Assembly (NCBI GenBank): GCA_051654725.1
Contig: JBOFYP010000073.1
Coordinates: 4,199-68,198 of the forward strand
Direction of reading: 5' to 3'
Length of the DNA: 64,000 bases
Origin: Cetobacterium sp.
Lineage (GTDB): Bacteria > Fusobacteriota > Fusobacteriia > Fusobacteriales > Fusobacteriaceae
In this document: piece after piece, positions 48,829-59,991 of the stretch
How positions within the stretch are numbered: the stretch's first letter is position 1
How the letters are laid out: each line of letters opens with the position of its first letter
Made by a program: the position numbers and the translations under genes
The notes under the pieces: generated by a model
What the model was told of the DNA's origin: nothing
Seen by the model: only the letters and a program-made list of their open reading frames with translations
Databases searched by the model: none

Positions 48829-49767
48829 ATGCATATTGAGGTAATAAAACATAGTAAAAGATGGATTACGTTATCAACAATATCTTTCGTATTGTTCTTA
48901 GGGATGTTTCTTGTAAAGGGTTTAAATTATGGAATAGATTTCACAGGTGGAAGTTTAATCCAATTAAATTATACTAATGATATAAATTTAACTGATATCA
49001 ATAAAGAATTAGATTCAATAGCAGTTGGAATACCACAACTTTCTTCTACAGCAAGAAAAGTGCAGGTATCACAAGCTGATAATAACGTTATCATCAGAAC
49101 TGCAGAGATGAGTGAAGCACAAACTCAAGAGTTATTATCTAAACTTAAAGTTATTGGTGAATATAAATTAGAGAGATCTGAAAAAGTTGGAGCAACAATC
49201 GGAGAAGAGTTAAAAACTTCTGCAATTTACGCTTTAGTTATTGGTGGATTACTAATTGTTTTATACATAACAATGAGATATGAATTTAAGTTTGCAATAG
49301 CAGGAATATTGACACTATTACATGACGTAACTGCAGCATTAGGAGTGATTGCACTTTTAGGTTACGAGATAGATACTCCTTTTATAGCAGCGATATTAAC
49401 AATTTTAGGTTATTCTATAAATGACACAATTATTATATATGATAGAATTAGAGAGAGCTTAAGAAAAAAATCTGATTTAACTTTTGGAGAAGTACTTAAT
49501 AAAAGTTTGAATCAAGTTTTAGTAAGATCGATAAATACTTCAATAACAACATTGTTAGCATTAGTAGCGATATTAGTATTTGGTGGAGATAGTTTAAGAA
49601 CTTTTACAACAACACTATTAGTTGGAATAGGAGTTGGAACATATTCTTCACTTTACATCTCAACACCATTAGTTTATCTTTTTGAAAAAAAGAGAGATGA
49701 TAAATATGAGCCTAAAAAAGATGATGATGATAATGATTCACAATCTGAAGAAAAAATTCTAGTATAA
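48829..49767 (+). CDS. secF: Protein translocase subunit SecF
   Basis: GIDFTGG, HDV, GYSINDTIIIYDRIRE, RSINTS, GTYSS. Confidence 0.96.
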   Translation: MHIEVIKHSKRWITLSTISFVLFLGMFLVKGLNYGIDFTGGSLIQLNYTNDINLTDINKELDSIAVGIPQLSSTARKVQVSQADNNVIIRTAEMSEAQTQELLSKLKVIGEYKLERSEKVGATIGEELKTSAIYALVIGGLLIVLYITMRYEFKFAIAGILTLLHDVTAALGVIALLGYEIDTPFIAAILTILGYSINDTIIIYDRIRESLRKKSDLTFGEVLNKSLNQVLVRSINTSITTLLALVAILVFGGDSLRTFTTTLLVGIGVGTYSSLYISTPLVYLFEKKRDDKYEPKKDDDDNDSQSEEKILV

Positions 49768-49771
49768 TAAA

Positions 49772-49794
49772 AAGCCACCTTTTAAAGGTGGCTT
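49772..49794. terminator. Inverted repeat after secF
   Basis: aagccacctt / aaggtggctt stem with a weak U tail. Confidence 0.55.
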
Positions 49795-49823
49795 AATCTA
49801 CTTAATAAGAGTTGGAGGGAAAA

Positions 49824-50933
49824 ATGAGAACTTGGGCAGAGATAGATCTAGATAATTTAGAATACAATATAAAAAAAATAAAAGAACTATCTCATGACAA
49901 AGACATAATGGCAATTATAAAAGCAGATGCCTATGGAATGGGAGCAGTCACAATAGCGAAAGAACTTTCAGAGATGGGAGTACGAATATTTGGAGTTTCA
50001 TCTCTAGAAGAAGGGATTGAACTAAGAAATAGCGGGATTAGTGATGAAATTTTGATTCTAGCTGGAACTTTTAATGAAGAGTTAAAAGAAGCGGAAGAGA
50101 GAAATTTACAAGTTACTCTTACTGACATTTCTCAAATAGATTATATACATAATAACAATTTAAAATTAAAAGTTCATGTAAAAATTGATACTGGAATGGG
50201 TAGAGTTGGATTTACAGTAGAAGATGGTAAAAAAGTTATAAAGTTATGTAAAGAAAAAAATATAGATGTTATTGGAGTTTACTCTCATTTATCAGTTTCA
50301 GATGAATCAGATGAAGAATCTAAAGACTATACTAAAAAACAGTTAGAAAAATTTAAATATTTTGAAACTTTAAAAGAGATAAAATATATCCATATTCTTA
50401 ATAGTGGTGGGATATTAAAATTTTCTGAAATTCCTCAAAGTAACTTGGTTAGAGCTGGAATATTGATGTATGGTGTTTATGGAGAGGGGATAGTAGAAGG
50501 TTTAAAAAGAGTATTCACATTAAAAAGTAGAATTCTTTTACTTAAAGAGCTAGAAGAGGATATAGATATATCTTATGGAAGAGTTGGAAAAGGTTTTAAA
50601 GGAGATATAATAGCAACAATAACAGTTGGTTATGCAGATGGATTACGAAGAGAGCTTTCTAATAAAGGAACAATAAAAGTTAATGGAATAGATTGTAAAA
50701 TTGTAGGGAAAGTTTGTATGGACATGCTAATGGTTAAAATACCAAAAGAATTAAAAGGTAAAGTGAAAATAGGTGATGAGGTAATAGTTATGGGAGAGGA
50801 TATTTTTGAAAAATCAAAAATAATAGGTTCTTCGATATATGAGTTATTCACAGGATTAAGTAGAAGAGTTAATAGAGTTTACTTAAAAAATGGACAACCT
50901 CATCTGGTAAACAGTTTAATAGGAAAAATCTAA
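49824..50933 (+). CDS. alr: Alanine racemase
   Basis: AIIKADAYG (PLP Lys), KIDTGMGR.G, ISYG, GYADG, GKVCMD. ATG 49824 follows GGAGGG. Confidence 0.96.
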   Translation: MRTWAEIDLDNLEYNIKKIKELSHDKDIMAIIKADAYGMGAVTIAKELSEMGVRIFGVSSLEEGIELRNSGISDEILILAGTFNEELKEAEERNLQVTLTDISQIDYIHNNNLKLKVHVKIDTGMGRVGFTVEDGKKVIKLCKEKNIDVIGVYSHLSVSDESDEESKDYTKKQLEKFKYFETLKEIKYIHILNSGGILKFSEIPQSNLVRAGILMYGVYGEGIVEGLKRVFTLKSRILLLKELEEDIDISYGRVGKGFKGDIIATITVGYADGLRRELSNKGTIKVNGIDCKIVGKVCMDMLMVKIPKELKGKVKIGDEVIVMGEDIFEKSKIIGSSIYELFTGLSRRVNRVYLKNGQPHLVNSLIGKI

Positions 50934-50944
50934 AGGAGAAAAAA

Positions 50945-52129
50945 ATGGCAAAAGTAATATTAGAATCAGGAAAAGAGAAGAAAATAAGGAATTTTTATCC
51001 AAATGTATTTAAAGATGAAATAGCTGAAACATTTGGAAAGATAGAAAATGGAGATATTGTTGAAGTTTGTACAGGTGATGGAGAGGTACTGGCAAAAGGT
51101 TACGTAGCAGAAGCAACAAATGCTTTTGTAAGAGTTTTAACTACAAAAAATATTGAAGTAGATAAAAATTTAATTGTAGAAAAAATAAAAAGAGCTTATG
51201 AAAAAAGAAAACATTTATTAGCTGAAACAAATTGTATAAGAGCTTTCTACTCAGAAGCAGATGGAATTCCAGGATTAATTATTGATAAATTTGATAAATA
51301 TGTATCTGTACAATTTAGAAATTCAGGACTAGAAATGGCTTTCAGACAAGAGATAATAAATGCAATTAAAAAAATAATGAAGCCAAAAGGTATTTATGAA
51401 AGAAGTGATGTTGAAAATAGAACTCACGAAGGTGTTGAACAGAAAACAGGAATCATATATGGAGATATTCCAGATAGAATTGTAATGGAAGATAATGGTT
51501 TAAAATATTTAGTTGATATAGTAGATGGACAAAAAACAGGATTCTTCTTAGATCAAAGAGATTCTAGAAAATTTATAAGACCTTATTTAAATCAAAATAC
51601 AAGATTCTTAGATGTATTTTCAAGTAGTGGAGGATTCTCTATAGCAGCTTTAAAAGAGGGGTGTAAAAAAGTTGTTGCAATAGATAAAGAACCTCATGCT
51701 TTAGAGTTGTGTAAAGAGAATTATGAGCTTAATGGATTTGAAAATGAGTTTGAAACAGCTGAAGGGGACGCTTTCTTAATGCTAAAAATATTAGCAAATA
51801 GAGGAGATAAATTTGATGTAATAACTTTAGATCCACCTTCTTTAATAAAAAAGAGAATAGATGTACCTAGAGGAAGAGATATGTTCTTTAGTTTATGTGA
51901 TCAAAGTTTTAAATTAATAGAAGATGGTGGAATAGTTGGAATAATAACTTGTGCATACCATTTAAGTCTTCAAGATTTAATTGAAGTAACAAGAATGGCA
52001 GCATCTAAAAATGGAAAATTATTACAAGTTATAGGTGTTAATTATCAACCTGAAGATCATCCATGGATATTACATGTTCCAGAAACATTATATTTAAAAG
52101 CTTTATGGGTAAGAGTAGTAAATAATTAA
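50945..52129 (+). CDS. rlmI: RlmI-like class I SAM-dependent rRNA methyltransferase
   Basis: PUA-like N-terminus, SEADGIPGL.ID, GQKTGFFLDQR, LDPP, YLK. Confidence 0.85.
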   Translation: MAKVILESGKEKKIRNFYPNVFKDEIAETFGKIENGDIVEVCTGDGEVLAKGYVAEATNAFVRVLTTKNIEVDKNLIVEKIKRAYEKRKHLLAETNCIRAFYSEADGIPGLIIDKFDKYVSVQFRNSGLEMAFRQEIINAIKKIMKPKGIYERSDVENRTHEGVEQKTGIIYGDIPDRIVMEDNGLKYLVDIVDGQKTGFFLDQRDSRKFIRPYLNQNTRFLDVFSSSGGFSIAALKEGCKKVVAIDKEPHALELCKENYELNGFENEFETAEGDAFLMLKILANRGDKFDVITLDPPSLIKKRIDVPRGRDMFFSLCDQSFKLIEDGGIVGIITCAYHLSLQDLIEVTRMAASKNGKLLQVIGVNYQPEDHPWILHVPETLYLKALWVRVVNN

Positions 52130-52145
52130 TTAAGGGGGAATAATT

Positions 52146-52679
52146 ATGTACTTAGATATTTTAATAGCAATCATACTTATATTTGCAATAATCGAAGGAT
52201 TAAAAGAAGGGTTTTTATTACAATTCTTTTCGATATTTGGAATTTTTATAGACTTTATAATAGCTAAAAAATTCACTCCATTTGTAATGGAAAGAATATC
52301 AATAAGTCATAGTGAAAACAACTTCTTGTTGACATATATAGGTGTATTTATAGCCGCGTATTTTGCTATAGCTATTTTAATGTTTTTTATAGGAATTATT
52401 TTAAAGAACCAAAACAAGGGAGTTTTATCAAGAGGTCTAGGTGGAGTATTTGGATTAGTTAAAGGGTTGATTGTAAGTGTAATTATTCTATTTATTTTTA
52501 ATTTTACTAGTCAAAGATATTCAACTTTAAAAAAATATGGTATTGGAAGTAAAGCAAACTATGTATTTTTAGAAAAATCTAGTTACTTAGATGAATATAT
52601 ACCAAAAGAACTAAAATCAGAATTGAATTATATAAAAGGAAAAGAGTTAGTAGAAAAATATTTTAATAAAATGTTTTAG
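52146..52679 (+). CDS. CvpA-family membrane protein
   Basis: LDI.I.II...G...GF, multiple TM segments, R.LGGVFGLVKG. Confidence 0.8.
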   Translation: MYLDILIAIILIFAIIEGLKEGFLLQFFSIFGIFIDFIIAKKFTPFVMERISISHSENNFLLTYIGVFIAAYFAIAILMFFIGIILKNQNKGVLSRGLGGVFGLVKGLIVSVIILFIFNFTSQRYSTLKKYGIGSKANYVFLEKSSYLDEYIPKELKSELNYIKGKELVEKYFNKMF

Positions 52680-52688
52680 GAGAGATAG

Positions 52689-53768
52689 ATGAAAATAATT
52701 GAAAAATATATATTGGAAGATGTAAAAATGCCAATAATATTTGGAGTATCTCTATTTACTTTCATTTTTTTAATTGAGATAATAGTTTCTCTTATGGAAA
52801 ATATAATTGTAAAAGGGATATCATTGATTGATGTACTAAGAATATTATCTTTTTATTTACCACCAATTTTATCTCAAACAATACCTATGGGTGTATTTTT
52901 AGGAGTTATGATAACGTTTTCTAAATTCACAAGAACGAGTGAAGCGACAGCTATGAGTTCGATTGGAATGTCATTAAAAGATATACTGAAGCCAATAGTA
53001 ATATTGGCTTCAGCAATAACTTTATTTATCTTTTTTTTACAAGAGAGTATAATACCAAGATCATTTCGAAAATTAGAAGAGATTACAATAAAAATAGCTT
53101 ATGAAAACCCAGTATTTCAGTTGAAAGAAAAGATATTGATTGATGAGGTAGATGAATATAGCTTATATATTGATGAAATTGAAAGAAAAACAAATGTAGC
53201 AAAAAATGTGTTGATTTTTCAAAAAGAGAAAAAAAGCACTTATCCAACAATTTTATTGGGAGATAGAGCTTATTGGAAAGATGTTAATATGGTATTAGAA
53301 AGTTCAAATTTTTATACTTTTAATCCAAATGGAACAATTAAAGTTGAAGGTGAGTTTAATCAAAAGAAAATACCTTTAAGTTCATATTTTAAAGAGATGA
53401 ATATAGAAGTTAAAGATATTGAGGCTATGCCAATAAAAACTTTAATAAAAAGATTAAAAGAAAAAAACAAAATAGAAAAAACACCATATCTAGTAGAGAT
53501 AAATAGAAAAATAGCAATACCATTATCAACAATAGTTTTAGCAATCTTAGGAGTTTTACTTTCAATAGGTCATCATAGAAGTGGAAAAGGTGCTAGTTTT
53601 GGAATCAGCTTGGCAATTATATTTACTTATATTGTATTTTTAAATGTAGGTATGGTAATGGCAAATAGAGGAATAGTATCTCCATATGTTGGTGTTTGGT
53701 TACCAAATTTATTGTTAGTTGGAGGAACTTTATTGCTGTACAGAATAAAAGCAGGTGGTGCTAGATGA
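52689..53768 (+). CDS. lptF: LPS export permease LptF
   Basis: 3 TM segments, SEATAM.SIGMS, periplasmic beta domain, then 3 TM segments ending WLPN. Paired with the next gene. Confidence 0.85.
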   Translation: MKIIEKYILEDVKMPIIFGVSLFTFIFLIEIIVSLMENIIVKGISLIDVLRILSFYLPPILSQTIPMGVFLGVMITFSKFTRTSEATAMSSIGMSLKDILKPIVILASAITLFIFFLQESIIPRSFRKLEEITIKIAYENPVFQLKEKILIDEVDEYSLYIDEIERKTNVAKNVLIFQKEKKSTYPTILLGDRAYWKDVNMVLESSNFYTFNPNGTIKVEGEFNQKKIPLSSYFKEMNIEVKDIEAMPIKTLIKRLKEKNKIEKTPYLVEINRKIAIPLSTIVLAILGVLLSIGHHRSGKGASFGISLAIIFTYIVFLNVGMVMANRGIVSPYVGVWLPNLLLVGGTLLLYRIKAGGAR

Positions 53769-54844
53769 AAAAGTTAGATATATATGTAAGTAAAAATTTT
53801 ATAAAATCATTTTTACTTAGCTTGATAGCATTTATAAATATTTTTATTTTGAGTCAACTTTTTAAAATAATAAGATATATAACAGAAGGTAGAATGACAA
53901 TTGTTCAATCGATAACATATATTTTATATTTACTACCTAAAATATTTATAGAGGTAACACCATTAGCAATATTACTAGGTTCGTTGATGTGTATTAATAG
54001 AATGGCATCAAATTTAGAGATAATATCTTTAAAAACAGCAGGAATAAGTTTTAGAAGAATTGTAAGATATCCAATAATAATATCATTATTTATATCTTTA
54101 GTAGTATTTCAAGTTATGAACAAAGTTTACCCTTCTACCCTTTTAAAAAGTAGAGCTATGAGAGCTGGAAGAGAAATTTCAGAAAGAGTTTTACCATCAG
54201 TTAAAAACAATGCTTTTTTAAGAACAGAAAATAATATTGTTTATTATATTAAAAAAGTAGATAGATTAGAAAATAGTGGAGAAATAATTCAAATTATAAC
54301 TTTAGATACTGATTTTAAAAATATAAAAGAGATTATCACAGCAAAAAGTGGAACATTTGATTTAATTAAAAATCAATGGATTTTAAAAGATGTTGTAATA
54401 AATAATATTGAGAATGAAACTGAAAAAGTAAAGTCAGTTTATACAGATATTAAATTAAATAAAAGTCCAAGTGATTTTATAACAATTCAGGGAGACCCTG
54501 ATGAATTAACTAATAATGAAATAAGAAAAGCGATAAGAGATATTAGAACAACAGGTGGAGACATAAAAGAACCACTTTCAGTTTTAGGAAAAAGATATTC
54601 ATTCCCATTTGCAAGCTTTATAGTTTCATTTTTAGGATTATCATTAGGAAGTAGATATGTGAGAGGAGCTTCAGCAATAAGTATTGCACTTAGTGTTGGT
54701 TTAGGATATTCATATTATATTGTACAAGCATCATTTGAAGCATTAAGTGTAAACGGGATATTAAATCCGTTTGTAAGCGGATGGATTCCTAATATTATAT
54801 TCTTATCATTAGGAGTATACTTTATGAGAAAAGCCGAATATTAA
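53765..54844 (+). CDS. lptG: LPS export permease LptG
   Basis: LDIYV, EIISLKTAGISF.R, WIPN. ATGA overlap with lptF. Confidence 0.85.
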   Translation: MKKLDIYVSKNFIKSFLLSLIAFINIFILSQLFKIIRYITEGRMTIVQSITYILYLLPKIFIEVTPLAILLGSLMCINRMASNLEIISLKTAGISFRRIVRYPIIISLFISLVVFQVMNKVYPSTLLKSRAMRAGREISERVLPSVKNNAFLRTENNIVYYIKKVDRLENSGEIIQIITLDTDFKNIKEIITAKSGTFDLIKNQWILKDVVINNIENETEKVKSVYTDIKLNKSPSDFITIQGDPDELTNNEIRKAIRDIRTTGGDIKEPLSVLGKRYSFPFASFIVSFLGLSLGSRYVRGASAISIALSVGLGYSYYIVQASFEALSVNGILNPFVSGWIPNIIFLSLGVYFMRKAEY

Positions 54845-54853
54845 GGAGGAATC

Positions 54854-56077
54854 ATGAGCATAAGAGTTGAAAAGTTAGATAATGGTATTACAATATTAAC
54901 AGAGGATATCAAAAGTATAAATACAGCTAGTTTAGGATTTTTTGTAAGAGCAGGAGTAAAAAATGAGTTACCTGGAGAAGAGGGTATCTCACATTTTATA
55001 GAGCATCTATTATTTAAAGGAACTAAAAATAGAACTGCAAAACAAATTTCAGAAGAGATAGATGATGAAGGTGGAATGATAAATGCATATACAAGTGTTG
55101 AAAAAACAGCTTATTATATACAGATGACATCAGGTACACTTCATACTGGAATAGATATATTAAATGATATGTTTTTAAACTCTACATTTACAGAGGAAAA
55201 CATAGAAAAAGAAAGAAATGTAATAATCGAAGAGATTAGAATGTATGAGGATATTCCAGAAGAGGTTGTTCACGAAGAAAATTTAGAGTTTGCAGTGACA
55301 GGAGTTCAAAGTCAAAAAATAGCAGGGTCACTAGAAAGTTTAAAAAAAATAGATAGAGATGCTATTATAAAATATTTTAATGATTTATACAAACCAGAGA
55401 ATATTGTAATAGCATTAGCTGGAAACATAGATTATGATAAAGTATATGACCAATTAAATAAAGGAATTGGTCAATTAGAAGATAAGAGTTCAGCTAGAAG
55501 TTATAACGGTAATATGAGTATAAATTCTGGTGAAAAAATAATTACTCAAGATACCAACCAAGTTCATCTTTGTGTTAATACTCCAGGAGTTTCAAATACA
55601 GATGAAGGTAGAGTTGCTATGTCAGTGATTTCAAATGTTTTAGGTGGAAATATGAGTTCTAGACTTTTTCAAAAAATTAGAGAAGAAAGAGGATTAGCTT
55701 ATTCTGTATACTCTTACACATCTAATTTTGATGAGGGTGGATTGTTCACTATATATGCAGGAACTACTCATGAAGATTATAAAGAGGTAATATCTATAAT
55801 TGAAGAGGAGTTAAAAGAGTTAAAAGAAAATGGTATAACAGACAAAGAGTTAAATCGTTCTAAAAATCAATTCTTAAGTATGGTTACATTTGGTCTTGAA
55901 AGTAGTAAAGGAAAAATGACTAGAATGGCAAGTTCATATTTAGTTCATGGTTATGTTAAAGATATAGAAACTGTCATTAAAGAAATTGAAGCTGTAAAAT
56001 TAGAAGATATTAAAAAAGTAGCAAATCAAATATTTGATGAAAGTAAATTATCAAGAACAATTCTTGGAAATATATAG
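54854..56077 (+). CDS. M16 (pitrilysin-family) zinc peptidase
   Basis: HFIEHLLFKGT (HXXEH), NAYTS, SSRLFQKIREERGLAYSV. Confidence 0.93.
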   Translation: MSIRVEKLDNGITILTEDIKSINTASLGFFVRAGVKNELPGEEGISHFIEHLLFKGTKNRTAKQISEEIDDEGGMINAYTSVEKTAYYIQMTSGTLHTGIDILNDMFLNSTFTEENIEKERNVIIEEIRMYEDIPEEVVHEENLEFAVTGVQSQKIAGSLESLKKIDRDAIIKYFNDLYKPENIVIALAGNIDYDKVYDQLNKGIGQLEDKSSARSYNGNMSINSGEKIITQDTNQVHLCVNTPGVSNTDEGRVAMSVISNVLGGNMSSRLFQKIREERGLAYSVYSYTSNFDEGGLFTIYAGTTHEDYKEVISIIEEELKELKENGITDKELNRSKNQFLSMVTFGLESSKGKMTRMASSYLVHGYVKDIETVIKEIEAVKLEDIKKVANQIFDESKLSRTILGNI

Positions 56078-56092
56078 TTAATGGAGTGTAAG

Positions 56093-56533
56093 ATGGAAAA
56101 TATTATTGTTAAATTAGTTATAGAAAATAATGTAGAACAGCCTAGATATATGACTGAAGGTGCTGCTGGAATGGATGTTCAAGCTAATATATCTGAATCT
56201 ATTGTTTTAAAAACTTTAGAGAGAAAATTAATTCCAACAGGATTAAAAATGGCTATACCTTCAGGCTATGAAGTTCAAGTTAGACCTAGAAGTGGTTTAG
56301 CTTTAAAGCATGGAATAACTTTAGTTAATACACCTGGAACAATAGATTCTGATTATAGAGGAGAGATTGGAGTAATCTTAATTAATCTAAGTAATGAAGA
56401 ATATACTTTAAACCCTGGAGAGAGAATTGGACAACTTGTTCTTCAGAAAGTTTATAAAATGGAGTTCGAAAAAGTTGAAGAGCTATCTACAACAGCTAGA
56501 GCTGAAGGTGGATTTGGTCACACAGGTAAATAG
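56093..56533 (+). CDS. dut: dUTP diphosphatase
   Basis: [34 protein letters not shown] 56093 follows GGAG. Confidence 0.97.
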   Translation: MENIIVKLVIENNVEQPRYMTEGAAGMDVQANISESIVLKTLERKLIPTGLKMAIPSGYEVQVRPRSGLALKHGITLVNTPGTIDSDYRGEIGVILINLSNEEYTLNPGERIGQLVLQKVYKMEFEKVEELSTTARAEGGFGHTGK

Positions 56534-56542
56534 GAGAGTAAT

Positions 56543-57646
56543 ATGGGAAAAAATCATGATTTAGTAGTTACTGTCAAAAGAATAAAAAAAATGAAAAATA
56601 TGATTTTGTATATTGCATTGGCTATAACAATGATAAGTTTATTAACTGTTTACAGTGCAACTCTTCATAAAGGAACATCATTTTTCTATAAAGAGATAAG
56701 TTGGATAGGATTAGGAATATTAACATATTTTATATTTTCGTTTATAGATTACAGAATTTATGGAAAATATTACAAAATAATTTATTTTATCAATGTTTTA
56801 CTATTAGTACTAGTTTTTTTAATCGGAGATAAAAGATTAGGAGCTCAAAGATGGATAGATTTTGGATTTATAACAATTCAGCCATCTGAATTTTCTAAAT
56901 TATTGATTGTACTAACATTTTCTGAAGTATTAGCCAATAAATTTAATACTAAATTTTCAGGATTTAAAAATATCATAGCAACATCATTGCATATAATTCC
57001 TATATTTTTACTAATAGCAGCACAACCTGATTTAGGAACATCTTTAGTTATAATATTCTTATATTTAGTATTGATATTTGTAAATGGAATAGATTGGAAA
57101 ACGATAATTATACTTGGATTATCAGGAATAACAATGGCTCCAATAGGATACTTCTTTTTCTTGAAAGAGTATCAAAAAGAAAGAGTATTGACATTTTTAA
57201 ATCCAGAAGCTGATTTATTAGGAAGTGGATGGAATGTAACTCAATCAATGATAGCTGTTGGCTCTGGTGGAGTATTTGGAAAAGGATTTTTACAAGGAAC
57301 ACAAAGTAAATTAAGATTTTTACCAGAATCACATACAGATTTCATAGCAGCAGTTTTTTTAGAAGAGAGAGGTTTAATAGGAGGATGTGTATTATTAGTT
57401 TTATATACATTACTTTTATGGAGAATATTTAGAATAGGAGATAAATCGGAAACTCATGGAAAATTAATAGCATATGGAATTTCATCTATTTTCTTTTTTC
57501 ATATAGTTATAAACATAGGTATGGTAACAGGAGTTATGCCAGTTACAGGATTACCACTTCTTCTAATGAGTTATGGTGGAACATCTTTTTTATTCTCTTT
57601 TGCAATGTTGGGAATAGTTCAAAGTATAAATGTATATAGGGAGTAA
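56543..57646 (+). CDS. rodA: SEDS peptidoglycan glycosyltransferase RodA
   Basis: GAQRWI, QPSEFSK, QPDLGT, FLPESHTDFI, P.TGLPL..SYGG. Confidence 0.9.
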   Translation: MGKNHDLVVTVKRIKKMKNMILYIALAITMISLLTVYSATLHKGTSFFYKEISWIGLGILTYFIFSFIDYRIYGKYYKIIYFINVLLLVLVFLIGDKRLGAQRWIDFGFITIQPSEFSKLLIVLTFSEVLANKFNTKFSGFKNIIATSLHIIPIFLLIAAQPDLGTSLVIIFLYLVLIFVNGIDWKTIIILGLSGITMAPIGYFFFLKEYQKERVLTFLNPEADLLGSGWNVTQSMIAVGSGGVFGKGFLQGTQSKLRFLPESHTDFIAAVFLEERGLIGGCVLLVLYTLLLWRIFRIGDKSETHGKLIAYGISSIFFFHIVINIGMVTGVMPVTGLPLLLMSYGGTSFLFSFAMLGIVQSINVYRE

Positions 57647-57648
57647 AA

Positions 57649-58512
57649 ATGGAATATATTATAGATTCTAGTTTTAACGAAGCTAGATTAGATAGATTTT
57701 TAAGAAAAAAATATGAAAATACTCCATTAACAGAGATTTTCAAAGGTATAAGAACTGGAAAAATCAAAGTTAATGGAAAAAAATCAAAAGAAAATTATAG
57801 ATTAAAAGAGGGCGATATTGTTAAAGTTTTAATTTCTGGAGGCGAAACAGAAGATAAAGAGTTAATAACAATTTCAAACAAAGAGTTAGAAACTTTGAAA
57901 AAAGGTATAGTTTATGAGGATGAAAAAGTAGTTATCTTTAACAAAGAGCCAAATATGGTTATGCATAAAGGTAGTGGCCACGACTATGGAATTTCAGAGC
58001 TATTTAAAAGTTATTATAAAACAGATGAATTTAATTTTGTAAATAGAATAGATAAATCTACTTCTGGATTAGTGATAGGAGCTAAAAATTTAGCTGTAAC
58101 TAGAGAGTTAGCACAAGAGGTTAGAGAAGGAAATACAGATAAAAAATATTATATTTTAGTTGATGGTATTGTTTCTAAAAATGAATTTACATTGAAAACA
58201 TATTTAAGAAAAGAAGAAACAAAAGTAGTTGAATTGGAAAAATATGAAGAGGGTGCTAAAGAAAGTATCTCTTATTTCAAAGTGTTAAAAAGAGGAAATA
58301 ATAAAACTATATTAGAAGCAAAACTTGAAACTGGAAGAACTCATCAATTAAGAGTTCAATTGTCAAGTTTGGGTCATCCTATAGTTGGAGATGGAAAATA
58401 TGGAAAAGCAGGAAAAAGTATGTTTTTATTTTCATACTACTGTGAAATTCCAAAGTATAAGATTAAAATAGAATTACCTTTACCAAAGGTATATCTAGAT
58501 AAAATAAGCTAA
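57649..58512 (+). CDS. RluA-family pseudouridine synthase with an S4 domain (RluC-like)
   Basis: RLDRFL, NRIDKSTSG (catalytic Asp), TGRTHQLRVQ, GD.KYG. Confidence 0.92.
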   Translation: MEYIIDSSFNEARLDRFLRKKYENTPLTEIFKGIRTGKIKVNGKKSKENYRLKEGDIVKVLISGGETEDKELITISNKELETLKKGIVYEDEKVVIFNKEPNMVMHKGSGHDYGISELFKSYYKTDEFNFVNRIDKSTSGLVIGAKNLAVTRELAQEVREGNTDKKYYILVDGIVSKNEFTLKTYLRKEETKVVELEKYEEGAKESISYFKVLKRGNNKTILEAKLETGRTHQLRVQLSSLGHPIVGDGKYGKAGKSMFLFSYYCEIPKYKIKIELPLPKVYLDKIS

Positions 58513-58541
58513 AAAAAAGGACTTTTTTTAAGTCCTTTTTT
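58513..58541. terminator. Bidirectional terminator between convergent genes
   Basis: A run, ggactt, loop, aagtcc, T run. Confidence 0.85.
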
Positions 58542-58550
58542 GTTGGGAAA

Positions 58551-59165
58551 TTATTTTAAATGCTCAGTATCAGAGAATTTTATGATTTTAAAAATATCAG
58601 AATCATATTCAACAATAGTAGTACTTGTATTTTCAGGAACAGGTTGATTCGAGAATTCATCAATACTATTTTTATTTATGATATTAAATAAAGCTTTTAA
58701 AGTTATACCGTGACTAACAACTAAAATATTACCATCTTTATTTTCAGAAATAAGTTTGTCTAATCCTTTTTGAACTCTATTTAAAATCTCTTCATAACTT
58801 TCTCCTTCGAAAGATGAGGGATTATAATGAACTGCATCATTCCAAAAATTATGATATTCAGCAGGATAATTTATTTCAAATTCTTCTCTAGGAATACCTT
58901 CAACTTTTCCCATATTTATCTCTTGAAATTCATCAATTAAATTTATTTCAAAATCTCTATCACCTAAAATCAATTCAGTTGTTTGTATTGCTCTTCCAAG
59001 AGGAGATGAGTAAACCTTATTGAAATTAATACTCTTTAAATGAGCAGAAAGCTTCTCAGCTTGAGAGATTCCTAACTCAGTTAAAGGAGAATTTGATCTT
59101 CCTTGAAAAATTTTTAATGTATTCCAAACTGTTTCACCGTGTCTTACAAAATAGATATGTAGCAT
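58551..59165 (-). CDS. Histidine phosphatase family protein (PhoE/GpmB/CobC-like)
   Basis: RHGET.WN, QG, SSPL.RA.QT, GES, VSHG. Confidence 0.92.
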   Translation of the reverse strand: MLHIYFVRHGETVWNTLKIFQGRSNSPLTELGISQAEKLSAHLKSINFNKVYSSPLGRAIQTTELILGDRDFEINLIDEFQEINMGKVEGIPREEFEINYPAEYHNFWNDAVHYNPSSFEGESYEEILNRVQKGLDKLISENKDGNILVVSHGITLKALFNIINKNSIDEFSNQPVPENTSTTIVEYDSDIFKIIKFSDTEHLK

Positions 59166-59253
59166 ATTTTCTCCTTTTTAAATATAAAACTCTTTTTTTT
59201 AAAATGATATTCTTGTATAATCTTATTATACATTGAATTTCGGAGGTTGTAAA

Positions 59254-59991
59254 ATGAAGTTTTTAGGAGTAATTCCAGCAAGATATGAATCAACAAGATT
59301 ACCAAAGAAACCATTAAAAGATATTTGTGGTTATCCAATGATTGAGTGGGTTTATAAAAGAGCTTTAAAATCAAAGTTAGATAAAGTGATAGTAGCAACA
59401 GATTCTAAAGAAGTTTTTGATGCGGTTAAATCTTTTGGTGGTGAAGTTATTTTAACAGATAAAAATCACATCAATGGAACAAGCAGGATAGCAGAAGTTT
59501 GTGAAAGAGTAACAGAGTATGATGTAGTAATCAATATTCAAGGAGATGAACCTTTAATAGAAGCTGATATGATAAATTCTTTGATAGATATATTTAAAGC
59601 TGAAAATAATCTTAAAATGGCTACATTAAAACATAAACTTATAAATAAAGAGGATATAGAAAATCCAAATTATGTAAAAGTAGTAACAGATAAAAAAGAT
59701 TATGCAATATATTTTTCAAGAAGCGTAATTCCTTATCCAAGAGTAGAAAATAAAGATATTTATTTCAAGCACGTTGGAATATATGGATACAAAAGAGAGT
59801 TTGTATTAGAATACTCAAAATTAGAAAGCACTCCTTTGGAAAATTCGGAATCATTAGAACAGTTGAGAGTACTAGAAAATGGATATAAAATAAAAGTTTT
59901 AGAAACTCCTTATGAAATAATAGGAGTAGATACTCAAGCAGAACTTGATAAAGTTAGAGAATATATATTAGAAAAAGGAATAGAATTATAA
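59254..59991 (+). CDS. kdsB: 3-deoxy-manno-octulosonate cytidylyltransferase
   Basis: IPARYESTRLPKKPL, NIQGDEP, YFSRS.IP, H.GIY, ESLEQLR. ATG 59254 follows GGAGG. Confidence 0.97.
   Translation: MKFLGVIPARYESTRLPKKPLKDICGYPMIEWVYKRALKSKLDKVIVATDSKEVFDAVKSFGGEVILTDKNHINGTSRIAEVCERVTEYDVVINIQGDEPLIEADMINSLIDIFKAENNLKMATLKHKLINKEDIENPNYVKVVTDKKDYAIYFSRSVIPYPRVENKDIYFKHVGIYGYKREFVLEYSKLESTPLENSESLEQLRVLENGYKIKVLETPYEIIGVDTQAELDKVREYILEKGIEL

Noticed and set aside
58551-59165. Calling the histidine phosphatase cobC
   Set aside because: No cob genes or riboswitch are adjacent, and family motifs alone do not give the substrate.
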